Positions 11,945 to 23,977 are shown, counted from the stretch's first letter. The stretch is DNA of 64,000 nt from Psammoneis japonica (GCA_008632985.1 QPGO01000117.1:186001-250000), one strand, 5' to 3'. A program made the numbers and translations. Notes: generated by a model not told the origin, from the letters alone.

Positions 11945-12720
11945 CTAAAGTTTCATGAACATCCACATTTTCTGATTCCTCTTCTGTTTGCAAACCAATG
12001 CAAGTCGTTTCGTTGTCCTCCATCCCTTTGTGTCAATCTCATCGTCTTGGGAGTTGGCCAAAACAGGATCATCCAGAGGATGAACGTGCGCATCTCCATT
12101 GTCGATCGACATCCACTCGTGCTGACACGCTTCTTGCACCACCAATGGGTCCTTTGGATCTGGCCGAAGCCATCTGGTTGCCAAATCCTTGGCCGCCTCC
12201 GAAACATTGGCAAAGGCATCTGGCGCAAACGTCACTTGACCTTTGGTGGCTCCAGCAGTGTCACCGTCAAAAGGAGGAGTGCCACTTGGCAGACACAGAG
12301 AATGACTCCCAATGAAAACATGTCAGCCTTTTTTCCGCACTTCCTCATCCAGCAACTGTGTGATGGCATCACAACACTTTGGGTGCAAAGCACAGTGGCA
12401 TTCCACAAAAGGTCTTCAGGAGGCCCTCATCCTTTTTGGCCAATCTCCACAGTCTGTCAGCTTGATGCCAACACTGCATCAGAGTTGCAATCAATCATTG
12501 GAACATTTTCTGGCTTCAACTCACTGTGAAGGACCTGGCGGTCCTCGCCAAGATGTTGAACAGCACTGAGCAATCGTCTCATGACTCGGCGGCTTTCAAC
12601 TTCAGAGTTCTTGCCTTTGGACACGATCCGATCAAGAAGGTCACCACTGTGCAAAATCTCCATGAACTGTGGGCAAACTGTCATTTGAGGGAAGGGCAAG
12701 AGTCAGTGCTGCCATTGTTT
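11945..12720 (-). pseudogene. CAMK-group Ser/Thr kinase pseudogene
   Basis: GDLLDRIV...LHSELKPENV (HRDLKPEN), LKTFCGMPLCFAPKVL* (TFCGTPxYxAPEVL), VSEAAKDL...DP...HEWM; stops and frameshifts. Confidence 0.8.
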
Positions 12721-14240
12721 CACACATTGCCAACAAAAGATGGCAGGCATGACCAGATGCGTTCCCGCTGCACTCACCAAATGAGAACACTGGGTTTGCT
12801 GCTGCAAAACACACCGTGCCGCTGAAGGCATGATTCAATTCCTGCAACATGGTGGCTTTGGCTTGAAGTGTGGTGAATCCTCAGTCAACAGGGTTTGTTG
12901 TTTGGCTGGAATGCCCTTGACGGCAAACTCTTGTCCCGTGCGACAGCGGTGCATTTGCCAATGTGACGATCTGAATGATTGTGTGTGAAGACGTTGTTGT
13001 CGTCAATGAGCTTGCAACAAAAAGAAAGAAAAGAAAAGGGCTCTTTAGTGTCTTTGCAGAAGCAACATGTCTCCGTGACAAACAGAGAATCAATCACACC
13101 TTTTGGCATTGCAAAGCCAAACCGACAAGATCGGTTCCTGCCACAGCACTCGCATGTTCCTGTGAAACACAACTGTGAAAAGGTGGTGCAAACAAGTGAC
13201 AAAAGAAAATGACATTCGTTTCAATGACTGTGCTGTCAGAGACTCACCTTTGTTGAAATTCTGGAATGAAAGTGGGGTCGCTCACACTTCCTGTCATTGC
13301 TGTTCTGTTGAATCAGAAGAGTTGCATCCATCCATTCTCCATGTCACACCCGATCGTAAAGTGTCTTGGCACTCTTGAGACGCAACATCCTCTTGCAGAT
13401 GACTCGTTTTGAAATCTTCTGGGTGTCCATGATTGAAACAATGAATCTTAGAACAGTTCTGTTGAGTGCTTTGTGTGGAGTAGATCCGACATGGGAAACC
13501 CTGCAGTCCGCACGTGCCCTTCCTGACATTGTGAAAATGTCCCTTTTGCAACGCAGTGAGCAGATTTCCGACTTGCATGCATGCCGATGGGCCATCCTTT
13601 GACTTTGTTCCAATCAGGCGTCTCAGTTCTGCCTCATGAAAGTGCCATTTGGTGATGGCATGTTGTCCAAACGAGTTGCGTGGACATCCGCAAACATCTC
13701 AAAATCATTCGATGAGATTGCCATCAAAAGTTGTGCTTCGGTGCACCCCACCTAATTTGATGACGGCGGACACGATGGCATCAAAAGTGCAACTTTTTGT
13801 GATGATCCTGAGGGTGCGAAAGCGATTTGGTGAGAAACGGCAGGTTGATTTGGTTGTCGCTTGGCGAAGGCTGTGGTGGGAGATGGAAGCTCGGACTTGC
13901 GCGTTGTGAACGCACGTTGAGTCTTACGAATCGTGATCATGACACTTTTTTTTTGTCACGACGATGACGACCGCCATGGTCCATTTGGGCAACGAGGTTA
14001 ATTTTTCTAAAAAAAAACAGCTCCTGCGTGATTTCTACGGCGTCCCCACCCACAGCAGCGAGCACAACGATGCCGTACGCCGTGCGGTACAGTGCGACAC
14101 AACATTCGCAACCGCGCCATTTATTTTTGATCGCAGGATGAGCAACGCGAACCCAATCCAATCCCATCTACGCATTGTCAGACACTGCATCCTTTTGCGA
14201 CTCCTGACAACACTTAGATCACCTTACATGCAATGACGAA

Positions 14241-15641
14241 ATGCCGAGAAAGGTGGCTTACATTCACACTCTCTTGCGGAGCTGCTGTTTCTACGAGGTT
14301 GCAGATCTCGTTCAAGATGACCCTGATCAAGCAGCGGCTCTCAATTCGGCGAAAAGCAGCCCACTTGCGGTGCTGGTCAAGAGCGCAACATGGGGAACTG
14401 TCCAGACAGCCATCTGCCACAATGATCCAACACATGTGGAAGGCTTTGAAGAAGCGTTGGATGCGCTCGTGACAGCGTGTCCGGAAGCTGTGGCGCATCG
14501 CAACAAAAACGGTGATACGCCTCTTATGCTTGCCTGTCGTGACGGACACATCGCTCATACCCCGATGTTTGCTCAGCAAAGCTCTGCATGTTGTGACCTT
14601 CTCAAATGGGCGGTGGATCGAATGATTGACGCTTGTCCCGCAGCGGCAGCTGTTCGGGATAGCGAAGGCACTCCACCCATTGATCACGTTCTGGATCAGG
14701 GTTACGGTCCCATGGATGTCGCTGTCAAGTTGGTCCGTGCCCATCCCGACTCACTTTTACAGGGGAGTAACGGGTTTGGCGGCAGTGTCGCACCTGTGAT
14801 GGTGGGCAACATAAACTCGGCAGACTGTTGCCTCTGGGAACGTGTCAAGACACTCGTATCCTTGGTTCCGTCCTCAGCAGTGACTGCACAATTTCCCCAC
14901 TGCAACGCGATCCAGCAGTTATGGTTTAAGATTCGAAACCGCCCTGACTATGTTGCCAGACATCAACCAGGGGTTGGTCTGCCTCACATCCCAGATTGGC
15001 TCTCAGACGACATGATTGTCGACATTGCCAACAAAATGACGTCATCAGACGGTCAAGACCACGAATTCTATTCCAGGGCATTGGATTTGCTCTTGTTTCT
15101 ACTCAAGGCAGGATACCACAATAGAACGACTATTCCAGCTGATAATGAGGAAGATGACTTTTCTGCTGCCCATGCTGCGGCTGGACTCATCATTCCCTCC
15201 GAAGCCCTCCGCATGATAGTGACACTCTTTCCGGATCAAGTTACTTCCATCGACGACAACGGGCGGCTACCACTGCACATTGCTGCGGCCGGGCCGGGCC
15301 ACAGTCGTGGGTTTGACGAAATTGATCATCCCACTGGCGTGGAAGTCTTGGTGCAAGCCGATCCGGATGCCGTGCGGGTTCTGGACCGGAGTGGAAACCT
15401 ACCTCTCCACTTGGCCCTGCAGAATAGGCACCTACCTCCTTCATTGGGTCTTGGAATCAAGGCCTTGGTACAGGCGGACCCCAGGACGCTCCGGATCGCC
15501 AATGGTACTGGTGCATTTCCATTCTTGCTGGCCGCCACCGCCGCGCGTGACAGAGACGGCCTCGACTTGGTTTATCAATTGCTCAGAGCTGACCCCGCTG
15601 TCATGCGTCTGGCAACTCATGGATCACACGGACAAGATTAG
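14241..15641 (+). CDS. Ankyrin-repeat protein (466 aa)
   Basis: NGDTPLMLAC, NGRLPLHIAA, SGNLPLHLAL motifs; intact ORF. Confidence 0.8.
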   Translation: MPRKVAYIHTLLRSCCFYEVADLVQDDPDQAAALNSAKSSPLAVLVKSATWGTVQTAICHNDPTHVEGFEEALDALVTACPEAVAHRNKNGDTPLMLACRDGHIAHTPMFAQQSSACCDLLKWAVDRMIDACPAAAAVRDSEGTPPIDHVLDQGYGPMDVAVKLVRAHPDSLLQGSNGFGGSVAPVMVGNINSADCCLWERVKTLVSLVPSSAVTAQFPHCNAIQQLWFKIRNRPDYVARHQPGVGLPHIPDWLSDDMIVDIANKMTSSDGQDHEFYSRALDLLLFLLKAGYHNRTTIPADNEEDDFSAAHAAAGLIIPSEALRMIVTLFPDQVTSIDDNGRLPLHIAAAGPGHSRGFDEIDHPTGVEVLVQADPDAVRVLDRSGNLPLHLALQNRHLPPSLGLGIKALVQADPRTLRIANGTGAFPFLLAATAARDRDGLDLVYQLLRADPAVMRLATHGSHGQD

Positions 15642-15853
15642 TATCCGCCGAGTCAGGGCAAAATCAATCCTCGATCCTCATTGTGTCATTGCATACCATT
15701 TATATCATCATCTATCTTCACAGTAGTACTCACTCTAACTTTAGTCTAAAGAGTTCCATAGCTAATCGCAATGGGAGCTACTCACGACTATTGTAGCTGA
15801 AGCGGGAAATCGTATCTACGCAGCATTTGCGATTGTAGGAGGCTGATATAAAT

Positions 15854-17017
15854 TTACAGACTTCCTGTTTGCTCCCATTGTCCAGATTTTGAGCTCTTGT
15901 ACAACGCAAGCACAACCCTTACATCGTTAGCCGCACGAATGACAGTATCGTGAGCAGCATCTCCATCCTTTTCACGGCATATGCGGAGAATGTGCTTCCA
16001 GAGCCCAGCAAAACCCAGAAAGAATCCACCTTTTCGATCCGACGCAAACAATTCTTTTCCGTTCACATTCTCTTCATTGTATATTCGTAGTCCACCTGCT
16101 CCAGGATTATTTTTGAAGAGCCCATCACCATGAATGACAAGCTCACCCCTGTCCCCCGTGATTCGAAAGTACGGACAGGCATCATGAGCCATTGGAGCCG
16201 TAGCAAGCATGTTGCAACTATAGGTGGCAATTAGCGGGCCCGAACCTCGAGGTTGCGGTAATTCAGGAGCCATTTGAAACAATGCGTGTCCCAAGGACTC
16301 GCCTTCCATTTTCAGCTCTGGTGCTAGGTTGTTTCTTACAACGCCGACAACCTTCTCAATACGTCCGCACATTTCTGCCAAGGGTCTGATCCAATGAAGT
16401 CCACCATCAATAGCTATGCCACCTCCAGCACGAGCCAAAGAACCTCGCCATCCAAGGCCACCAGCATCATCCACGCTTCCTGACGTGACATTGTCGCGCA
16501 TGGATTCATAATAGTACGCGGCCGCCGAAACGACTGACCCGATTGCTCCTTGTTTGATTAGATTCTTTGCCAAGGCGACTTCTTCCCAATAGGGCGATTG
16601 TTCGGCAATCACTAGTCGTTTCGATTCGAGCGAGGCTTGAACGAGTCGATCACACGCCTCTTGGGTGGGTGCCAAGGGCTTTTCCATCACGACAATTTTA
16701 TGCGGTTCAATCGCAAGCGCTTGCGTCGCGATCGATTCATGCAAATCGTGTGGCACTGCAATAAAAATAACGTCAATGCTTTCCAAGACTTTTTGTTGTA
16801 ATTTTAAATCATCCAACGTGTCAAACTCTGCTATTTCAGTCGGTAGAGAACTCGGAGGACACAAGTCGCGGATCACTTGCCGTCGACCACACGATGGGTC
16901 ACACAGTGCCTGCACACAAAAAGCTTCAGTCGAGGAGATGGCTTCCAAGTGATGAGTAACAATTTGACCGCATCCCACGATAGCCAGACCCATTCGCTTC
17001 AAGTCGTTCTCAGCCAT
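15854..17017 (-). CDS. Gfo/Idh/MocA family NAD(P)-dependent oxidoreductase
   Basis: AIVGCGQI Rossmann motif, IAVPHDLH, VMEKPLA, GGGIAIDGGLHWI. Confidence 0.9.
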   Translation of the reverse strand: MAENDLKRMGLAIVGCGQIVTHHLEAISSTEAFCVQALCDPSCGRRQVIRDLCPPSSLPTEIAEFDTLDDLKLQQKVLESIDVIFIAVPHDLHESIATQALAIEPHKIVVMEKPLAPTQEACDRLVQASLESKRLVIAEQSPYWEEVALAKNLIKQGAIGSVVSAAAYYYESMRDNVTSGSVDDAGGLGWRGSLARAGGGIAIDGGLHWIRPLAEMCGRIEKVVGVVRNNLAPELKMEGESLGHALFQMAPELPQPRGSGPLIATYSCNMLATAPMAHDACPYFRITGDRGELVIHGDGLFKNNPGAGGLRIYNEENVNGKELFASDRKGGFFLGFAGLWKHILRICREKDGDAAHDTVIRAANDVRVVLALYKSSKSGQWEQTGSL

Positions 17018-17789
17018 GGCGTTTGCTGTAGTTGCAGTTGTCAGGAAAGAGCGCTCTAAAGGTAGCTTGGATGCACCGGTATGTGATGTGGTGTTGGTAA
17101 GTCACGACTTTAAGTCACACAACACAACATGAGATAAAATGAATGAGGTGGTGATGATGGATGAGGGTGAACAACGGTTATCCGCTTTCGGCCGGGATGC
17201 TTCAGTCGTGTCCCGCCCGCCCGCCCGCCCGCGCCGCACTGCTTTCCGTCCCAGCTTCATGCCACGTGTAAAAATTAACCCCCCGTTTTTAACCAAATAC
17301 CCACCTCGATCGACTAACAGTATCCAGATACGTAGTTCAGCACACTTTTGGGGGCCTAGTAGAATGGGGGTGAACGTTAGTTACTGACCAATCACTGAAT
17401 GTTGACTCTCGCACTTGCCCGTGTGATAAAGGTGCTCCACGAAAAGTTAGTTCTATTTTGAAATACCAGATACCACGAACAATACATACCTATTACATTC
17501 TCGCAAGGCATCTGTTTAAAGAGTATGAGACTGATAATGCTCATATCTTGTGTAATTTGTGGCTCTAGCTGGGGTCAAAGTCTAGCTTATTCTACCAAAA
17601 TTTTGAGTCGAGTGGGTCATACGGGATTGAAAACACGTGACTCGCTGTACGATGAGGTGAAATTGACTCGTTCTCGACACCGAGATTAGATGACAACATC
17701 ATCACAAACCGATTTTATGGCAATGTTCTACTTTCTAATTTGTCTTTGACCTCGTGAAAACTATATCTGACCTCTTTCATGCTATAAAT

Positions 17790-19620
17790 GGGTGAAGCAA
17801 TCCACGAACACTCACTCACAAGCCGCGCACTTTTCCATTTTCAGATTTGACATTTGTGTCTTTGCGATCAAGCATGGGTCCTTCAGGGTTGCAAGCCGGA
17901 AACAAGATGTTGTTGACAGTTTTCCACCAAAAAAGTTGCACATTTCAATGAAGCAAAGAAAACATGGCAGTTCTGCAATGTCCCGTTGACAACAAGCTTG
18001 CTGTTTGCCGCCAGAGTCGTTGTTGCGCGCATTCATCATGACATGGTCGCCCACAAAAAACTCCTTCGGCTCATCGCGCAAAAATTGTGGATGGTGATGA
18101 CGTCGCGAGAAGAGGTTTTGTACACAATGTTGTGGCACAAGTGCACGTGTGATGTCAACACACCACGCCCGCGGCTCCAGGAGTGACCCCTGTTTCACGC
18201 AGTGGCCCACGCCCGGCCGCCCGCCCCCATCCATGTCTGCATGCCTGCATGCTGCATGAAATCAAGTTTCAGTTGCAGAACTTTTGGAGTCATGATTCCA
18301 GCACAACAGCTTTGTGTTCAACAGAGCTGCCACTCTGCAACACCTTTGGTGCCCTCAAAGACCATGTGTTGCCATTGTTGAAAACATCTGTGCAGCACCC
18401 AGCACAAGAGCACACAAAAAGCCTTGCTGCCACACCTCAGCAGCGGGGAGGCAAGAAAAGCTTGTTGCTCAAAGGCAGTGCTGCTGGAGGCTGAAAAGGC
18501 AAAAAAAAACATTTGGTTAACAACAAGAAGAAAAGCTTGAGCATTTTTGTGCAAAGTGTGAGCAAATGAACCACAGGATCATGAAAAAAGGGCCGAGTTA
18601 GCATGCAGTTGAAAAATCAAGAAAACACTGTGCGATTCTTTGTTTTTTCAGGTGAAGTGCCTCCTTTGCAGTGCTGCCTGCAGAGAAACATGCCAGCTGA
18701 TGAGCTCCAAGCTGCCAAAAAGCTTCACCTGACAATGATGATGAAATGTGGTGCCGCTCTGCCACTTGTTCAGCTGTCCACGAGTGATGAAACCCCCAAC
18801 AATCAACAACGATGGAAAGATCTGGCATCTGCACAGCACCACAAGGAGGTGTTTTGTGGTTGATTGTTGAGTTGCTCTGAGATGGAATTCAGGGCAAACT
18901 TGTTCACCAGGATGGGCCAAAATGAACGGAGCACTTTTTGTTGTTGCGCATTCTTGCACAGCGCAAACTCGTGCAGCTCGTGCTTGTCGATTTGGCTGTC
19001 ATGCTGCCCTGAAAGAGACCAAAACACACTGGCCATCACATTGGTTGTTAGAGTTTTGTTTCCCACCAGCACTGAAAATCATGCAGGCATTGTGCAGAAT
19101 TTTTTTGTCATGCTCAACAGGAGGAAACTTTGTCAGCTCTTTTCCCCCCTGTGCCCCCGGCCCACCAGAGTCATGTGTTTTCTGCAAAAAGTTGAAAAAT
19201 GGCAACTCGGGCCTTTTTTCATCCTGCAGTTCACTTTGTCCCTCTCTCCTTTCAACCATTCCTTTTTGAAGCAGCTTGTGTGTGTGTCCAACACACAAAA
19301 TGAGCAGAGAGCAACACCCTTCGAGTGCCGCACCCTGAGCTCGTTGGGGTGCTGACAACTCCTTTCCAAGCCAACCCTCCTGCACCCCTGTGCCATTCTC
19401 TTGGCACACTTGCATTTACAGCCCACAGCCACAAGGGGGAATGCCCATAGCCTGATGCTTTTCCATCCCTCCACTGTTTGCTGCAGTGATTTCGCTGCTC
19501 TGTCACAAATGGTCCGCTTGTCTGGTGAGAGGAGAATGAAGACCCTCGCGACCTCCCACGCGCGATCAAGAAACGAGCACGCGCGCACGCACGCACGCCG
19601 TGCAACGTGACCTTCAACCA
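17790..19620. other. TpA-depleted degenerate block (unidentified repeat or gene relic)
   Basis: Only about 6 TpA in ~1.8 kb by eye; many overlapping C/H/Q/W-rich spurious ORFs; flanks have normal TpA. Confidence 0.75.
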
Positions 19621-19979
19621 TGGATCGCGATGCGTGCACGCAGCGTTCCTCCAAACCTTTGCTGGCAACGGAGAACCACAACGAAGATCCAACATACCGC
19701 TGTTTGCGGGAGAAAATGGCGTTCCTACCTGCGGAGAACCTCAGCTGTTGTTCTTTTACAACCCTGCCTCTTTAGAGCCGCACAAGACGACGGCGTGCCC
19801 AACGTTCTCTTAGTTGCTCTCAGACAAGCACGCACATTGCGCATTCAAGTTCGAACAAGTGGGAGCAAGATAGACGGTCCGGTTCTGCAAATTGCGAAGC
19901 TAAAAGCACTGAAGTAAAGAAGCAGTGTGTCAATTGGAGGATTTCATCAACTACACGGTGAAGGCATCTGAAATCCCAA

Positions 19980-22712
19980 ATGAGGCGTTGTGGCTTCACA
20001 TTTGTGGCAGCCGCAGCCTTGCCTCTCGTTGCATCTAGTAACTGCAACTCGACAGACACCTGTGAGAGGCTGCTTCGGCTGGGTTCCAAATGTGTCAGTG
20101 GCAGATGCACTAATCCCTTTGCTTCGGGTTGCCTAAATAAGCTCCTCGGTTCTCAGAAAAGAGTTTGTAATTCGGAGGATTCTTCGAATAGAACCTTTTG
20201 TAGAGAATCAAGGTTGAATTACACCGAAGTTCGAATTGCTCCTGCAAACTGGGAGTCGTCTATCTTTGTTAGTTGGGTCATGCAAATTTTGCTATCAGAA
20301 CTGGCTAACGTACCCGTGACTCTGGAAACGGGAGATGCTTCGGCAAAGTTTAGCTTTTACGACCAAGATCCCCAAAGTTTTTATTACCCGCAAACCGGAT
20401 ATAATTGGGATGCAATTTTCGAGTCAAACCGGGTCGGCGGAAACTGCATTGATTCTTCGAGACCCTGCGCCCACGTGTTGCCTGAGGTGTGGAATGGTCA
20501 GGAATCGGAGTATTTAGAAGCAAGATCCAGCGGTGACATTGAACCGGTCGAAGGAAACGGGATGGTTGGGGAGCTGTCCTTGTATATCCCCAAATTCTTA
20601 GCTGAGCGTGATTCCTCCCTTGTGAGCTTTTTCGGGCTGAGAGGAACAAAGAATCAACAAAAGCTTGCTGAAACATTCAAGAGACCAACCACCTGGGGGG
20701 AATATTGCCGTCAAGTGTCTCCCACAAATTGTAGTGCGGATGAATTTGCAGCACGGTCTCCTTTACCGGAGGAAGAGTCCAGATACTTTGTGGAAGATCT
20801 CTACAAGGGACATTTTCGATCTATGGATGATCAAAATTGCACTTTGAATCCCAGAACATGCAGGGGCTACTTGGTGGATTCCACATGTACCTGGTCCGGC
20901 TATACGGTGGCGCAGCTCTATTGGAATAATATTTTCCTTAAATCGGATGGACCCTTGGAACCAAATGGTGGATATCCCTACTCTGATCAGATTGAGATAT
21001 GGAAAGCCGCTAATGCAACAAAGTCGGCGGTCATCATGCTCTGGTACCGTCCTGATATAACCAGACAAGTGTTCCGTCGAAGTGAAGGTGAATTTCAGAC
21101 AATCATTTTGCCAGAACCAACGTATGAATGCACACGCAATCGGGTCAATGAGACAGCTCGATGTTCCGCTGACCTGCAACAACAACGTGGCCTGGAAAAG
21201 GGGGCGTGCGACTATGACCCTCATGCACTTCAAAAAATTACAGCCAGCTCATTAGCACAAAGGATCCAGAAGGAACCCGAAGCGAGCCGCAGTCCTGCAC
21301 TTGATCTTCTCCGTTCACTTCAAGTTTCCAATCTCGCCATTGAAGACATGTTCAATGCATGGAGTGATCGTGACGGGGGTTTGAATGGCTACAACGCAAG
21401 AGAGGCTGTATGTGGATGGGTGGCGGAGAACATTGACTTGCTGGGACGGTATGTTCCCTTGGGATACCCAAGAAGGATTCAAGAGGAAGCGCAGTATAGC
21501 GGGGGCGGCACATATGCTGCTTATGCTGTTGGAGCCTTTGTAACGGTAGTCGTTTTACTCACTGCGGCCCTTACATTTCGGTATCGGACAGAACGTGTTG
21601 TCGTATGTGCACGTCCCGTGTTCCTAAGTTTGATTTTGGCCGGTTTTTTCCTCGTGGCTTTGGGTGCGACAATATATCCCATGGAGCCTTCAAAGGCATC
21701 GTGCGTGACCAAGCAATGGCTGGTGATGCTTGGATACACATTGGAACTCGTTCCTCTCTTGGTCAAGGTTGCTGCCATAAACAAACTGTTCCGGAAGGCG
21801 GAGAGGTTGCTCCGCTTTGAATTATCACAAAGATCCCTGTTTGCAAAGGTGACTGTAGTAACATTACTGGTGATTGTTTATCTCATAATATGGACCGTTA
21901 TCGATCCACCAACACGAACCGAAGAATTGGTGTTAAAAGAGGCCGAGAGCGGGATCGTGGAAGTAAACGTCGAATGCGCTTCGTCGTCTGATGTATGGAT
22001 GCTGGTGGCACTTGGATGGAACACGCTGTTGTTAGTTTGTGCAACGGTACTCGCGTTTCAGTCGAGAAATATTCGACAACAAGAATTCAACGAGTCCAGA
22101 ACGTTGGCTGTTATGGTGTATTCACATTTCTTATTTTTGGTCATTATGCTCACCATGTACTTTATGTCGTCGAACTTCCCGGCAAGTACGGTGGCGGTAA
22201 TTGCAAGCTTCTTACTGAGCTTTGACACTCTAACGGCGTTGGTAATATATTTTGGATCCAAGTTCTTCATCATTTTTTCCGAAGAAGCGGCTACAAACGA
22301 CAGGTCGTCAGTGAGAAATTCTCAAAAAGTGTCGTCTTTGTACGGCGAGGGTGACAACGACATGAATTCGCGTTGCGACCTGCCTAACCCACCTCTACAC
22401 GAAGATTGTTGGGAAGACGACAACGAATTGACGACCGAAAACAAAGAGACGAAAGATGGTGCTACGTTGTCACCCCGTGAAGAAGATAATATACCGTTAG
22501 ATACCGAAGAGGAGAGTCCAGATGAAGTTGATCCTTTCGATGGAAGTTCCGATTTCAGATCAGAGTTGAATTCTCCAATTTTCTTACCATCAGTGGCGGT
22601 TACAAGTTCGAACGATCCTTACAAACAGCTAGAAACACACAATAAGAGATGTTGCGATCATTTGAACCTCTCGGCAGGTGATGTTCAGTTGAGCAAATCA
22701 AACAGCGTTTGA
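19980..22712 (+). CDS. Class C (7tm_3, GABA-B-like) GPCR-type receptor with large extracellular domain (910 aa)
   Basis: Signal peptide, Cys-rich N-terminus, seven hydrophobic segments, WTVIDPP and EFNESRTLAVMVYS motifs, acidic tail. Confidence 0.85.
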   Translation: MRRCGFTFVAAAALPLVASSNCNSTDTCERLLRLGSKCVSGRCTNPFASGCLNKLLGSQKRVCNSEDSSNRTFCRESRLNYTEVRIAPANWESSIFVSWVMQILLSELANVPVTLETGDASAKFSFYDQDPQSFYYPQTGYNWDAIFESNRVGGNCIDSSRPCAHVLPEVWNGQESEYLEARSSGDIEPVEGNGMVGELSLYIPKFLAERDSSLVSFFGLRGTKNQQKLAETFKRPTTWGEYCRQVSPTNCSADEFAARSPLPEEESRYFVEDLYKGHFRSMDDQNCTLNPRTCRGYLVDSTCTWSGYTVAQLYWNNIFLKSDGPLEPNGGYPYSDQIEIWKAANATKSAVIMLWYRPDITRQVFRRSEGEFQTIILPEPTYECTRNRVNETARCSADLQQQRGLEKGACDYDPHALQKITASSLAQRIQKEPEASRSPALDLLRSLQVSNLAIEDMFNAWSDRDGGLNGYNAREAVCGWVAENIDLLGRYVPLGYPRRIQEEAQYSGGGTYAAYAVGAFVTVVVLLTAALTFRYRTERVVVCARPVFLSLILAGFFLVALGATIYPMEPSKASCVTKQWLVMLGYTLELVPLLVKVAAINKLFRKAERLLRFELSQRSLFAKVTVVTLLVIVYLIIWTVIDPPTRTEELVLKEAESGIVEVNVECASSSDVWMLVALGWNTLLLVCATVLAFQSRNIRQQEFNESRTLAVMVYSHFLFLVIMLTMYFMSSNFPASTVAVIASFLLSFDTLTALVIYFGSKFFIIFSEEAATNDRSSVRNSQKVSSLYGEGDNDMNSRCDLPNPPLHEDCWEDDNELTTENKETKDGATLSPREEDNIPLDTEEESPDEVDPFDGSSDFRSELNSPIFLPSVAVTSSNDPYKQLETHNKRCCDHLNLSAGDVQLSKSNSV

Positions 22713-23099
22713 GTGTGGCTGCGGTCGAAGAAAGCAGACCAGGAAACAGCGTTGGCGGCGCGAGCACATGACACACGATGGAGCCGGAGAACTTTACAGC
22801 AGGGTACGGTAACTCTTTGGAGTGCAGGAACTTCTGCCATCCATGTAAAACTACACAGGATGCTTTTTTGTTCAAGTCAACAGCCAAGTTTCTATGGCTA
22901 GCCAGTGCCTGCCGGGACCACAGACATTAGATGTACGAAAACGGAAAGGGTGCGCTGACTGTTGGCAATGATTGAAGCAGTGTCAGCAAAAGATTTTGCG
23001 GTGAAACGGGGAAGATTAGAGCAATGATAATTTATCAAATGTGTGCATTGTACAAGACTCTAATCATCTCGAATCTCTAACGAATGAAATGAACCGTAG

Positions 23100-23977
23100 A
23101 TGCCAACTGATTCAGAATCAAAGCGCTGCCACTTGATGAGCAACACTTGATGAGCAAACAGATGTCATGGTCCATGAGCTTCGCACACTCCTGGCAAGCC
23201 CAAATGAGAACCACCAAGAATGGTTGTGGTGGCTGAGCCACAGAGTGACACAACAGATCACAACTCCAATCAAGTTGCAGTGGCTGTCAATCATGACATT
23301 CACAAAGATGAGAGAAGGCAACATGGTGATGTCGTCAACAGCAAAATTGTGACAGCTTGAGATGATGTGGTTGTTTGAAGGGTGCTTGGACAGTCGTCAG
23401 TGCAAAAACATGCAGAATGTGCAACAATCCCAGCTCTCCTTGCATTTTTCAAAAGCAAAAAGATGATGTTGATTGACATGTCATTTCTCCACACTTGTGT
23501 TGGTGTGGACAAAGGACATGTGCCGGCCGAGACAGAGCGGAGAACACATTGGCCACCTTGCCATCTTTTTGTTTCTGCCAATGTTGGCCAATGCTTGTGT
23601 GGCAAGTTTGGAAAGTGTGAAAGCAAAGCATTTTTTGTGTCATCACCTTGCTCTGCCATGCATTCTTCAGCACAGATCAGAGAGTCTGTGTGCCTCTTCA
23701 CACCGCAGCAGCGGGGTTGTTTCGCACTGCTGCCACACAGAAGCAGCAGACGCAGTTGCGAGCACCTCTCAAGCCACAGCAAGCTCAATCTTTTCTTTTG
23801 ACAACGTTGCATTGCACGTTGATGAGTCGAGAGCAAGTTTTTCGCTTGCAGCCCGTGCCACCCAGCCTTGCGGCTCTCTGGCTGAAGCTCCATTTCCGGG
23901 TTCCCCAGAATTGTTGCGAGCTCCAGCTTGAGGTCTGGTGCTCGTGGCTTGCGCAACACCGCACAGAGAAAAAAACA
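23100..23977. other. TpA-free block directly upstream of alpha-mannosidase copy 1
   Basis: No TpA seen between ~23099 and 23999. Confidence 0.8.

Noticed and set aside
7800..13900. The many 60-270 aa ORFs here and in the other TA-free blocks as real genes
   Set aside because: They are a by-product of TAA/TAG loss, overlap in all frames and have abnormal composition.
17200..17400. (CCCG)n run and possible Helitron/MITE end (ggcctagt)
   Set aside because: No convincing hairpin, partner terminus or TSD.
23648..23977. 110-aa N-terminal extension of mannosidase copy 1
   Set aside because: The signal peptide and the paralog indicate the ATG at 23978; the extension lies in stop-depleted DNA.
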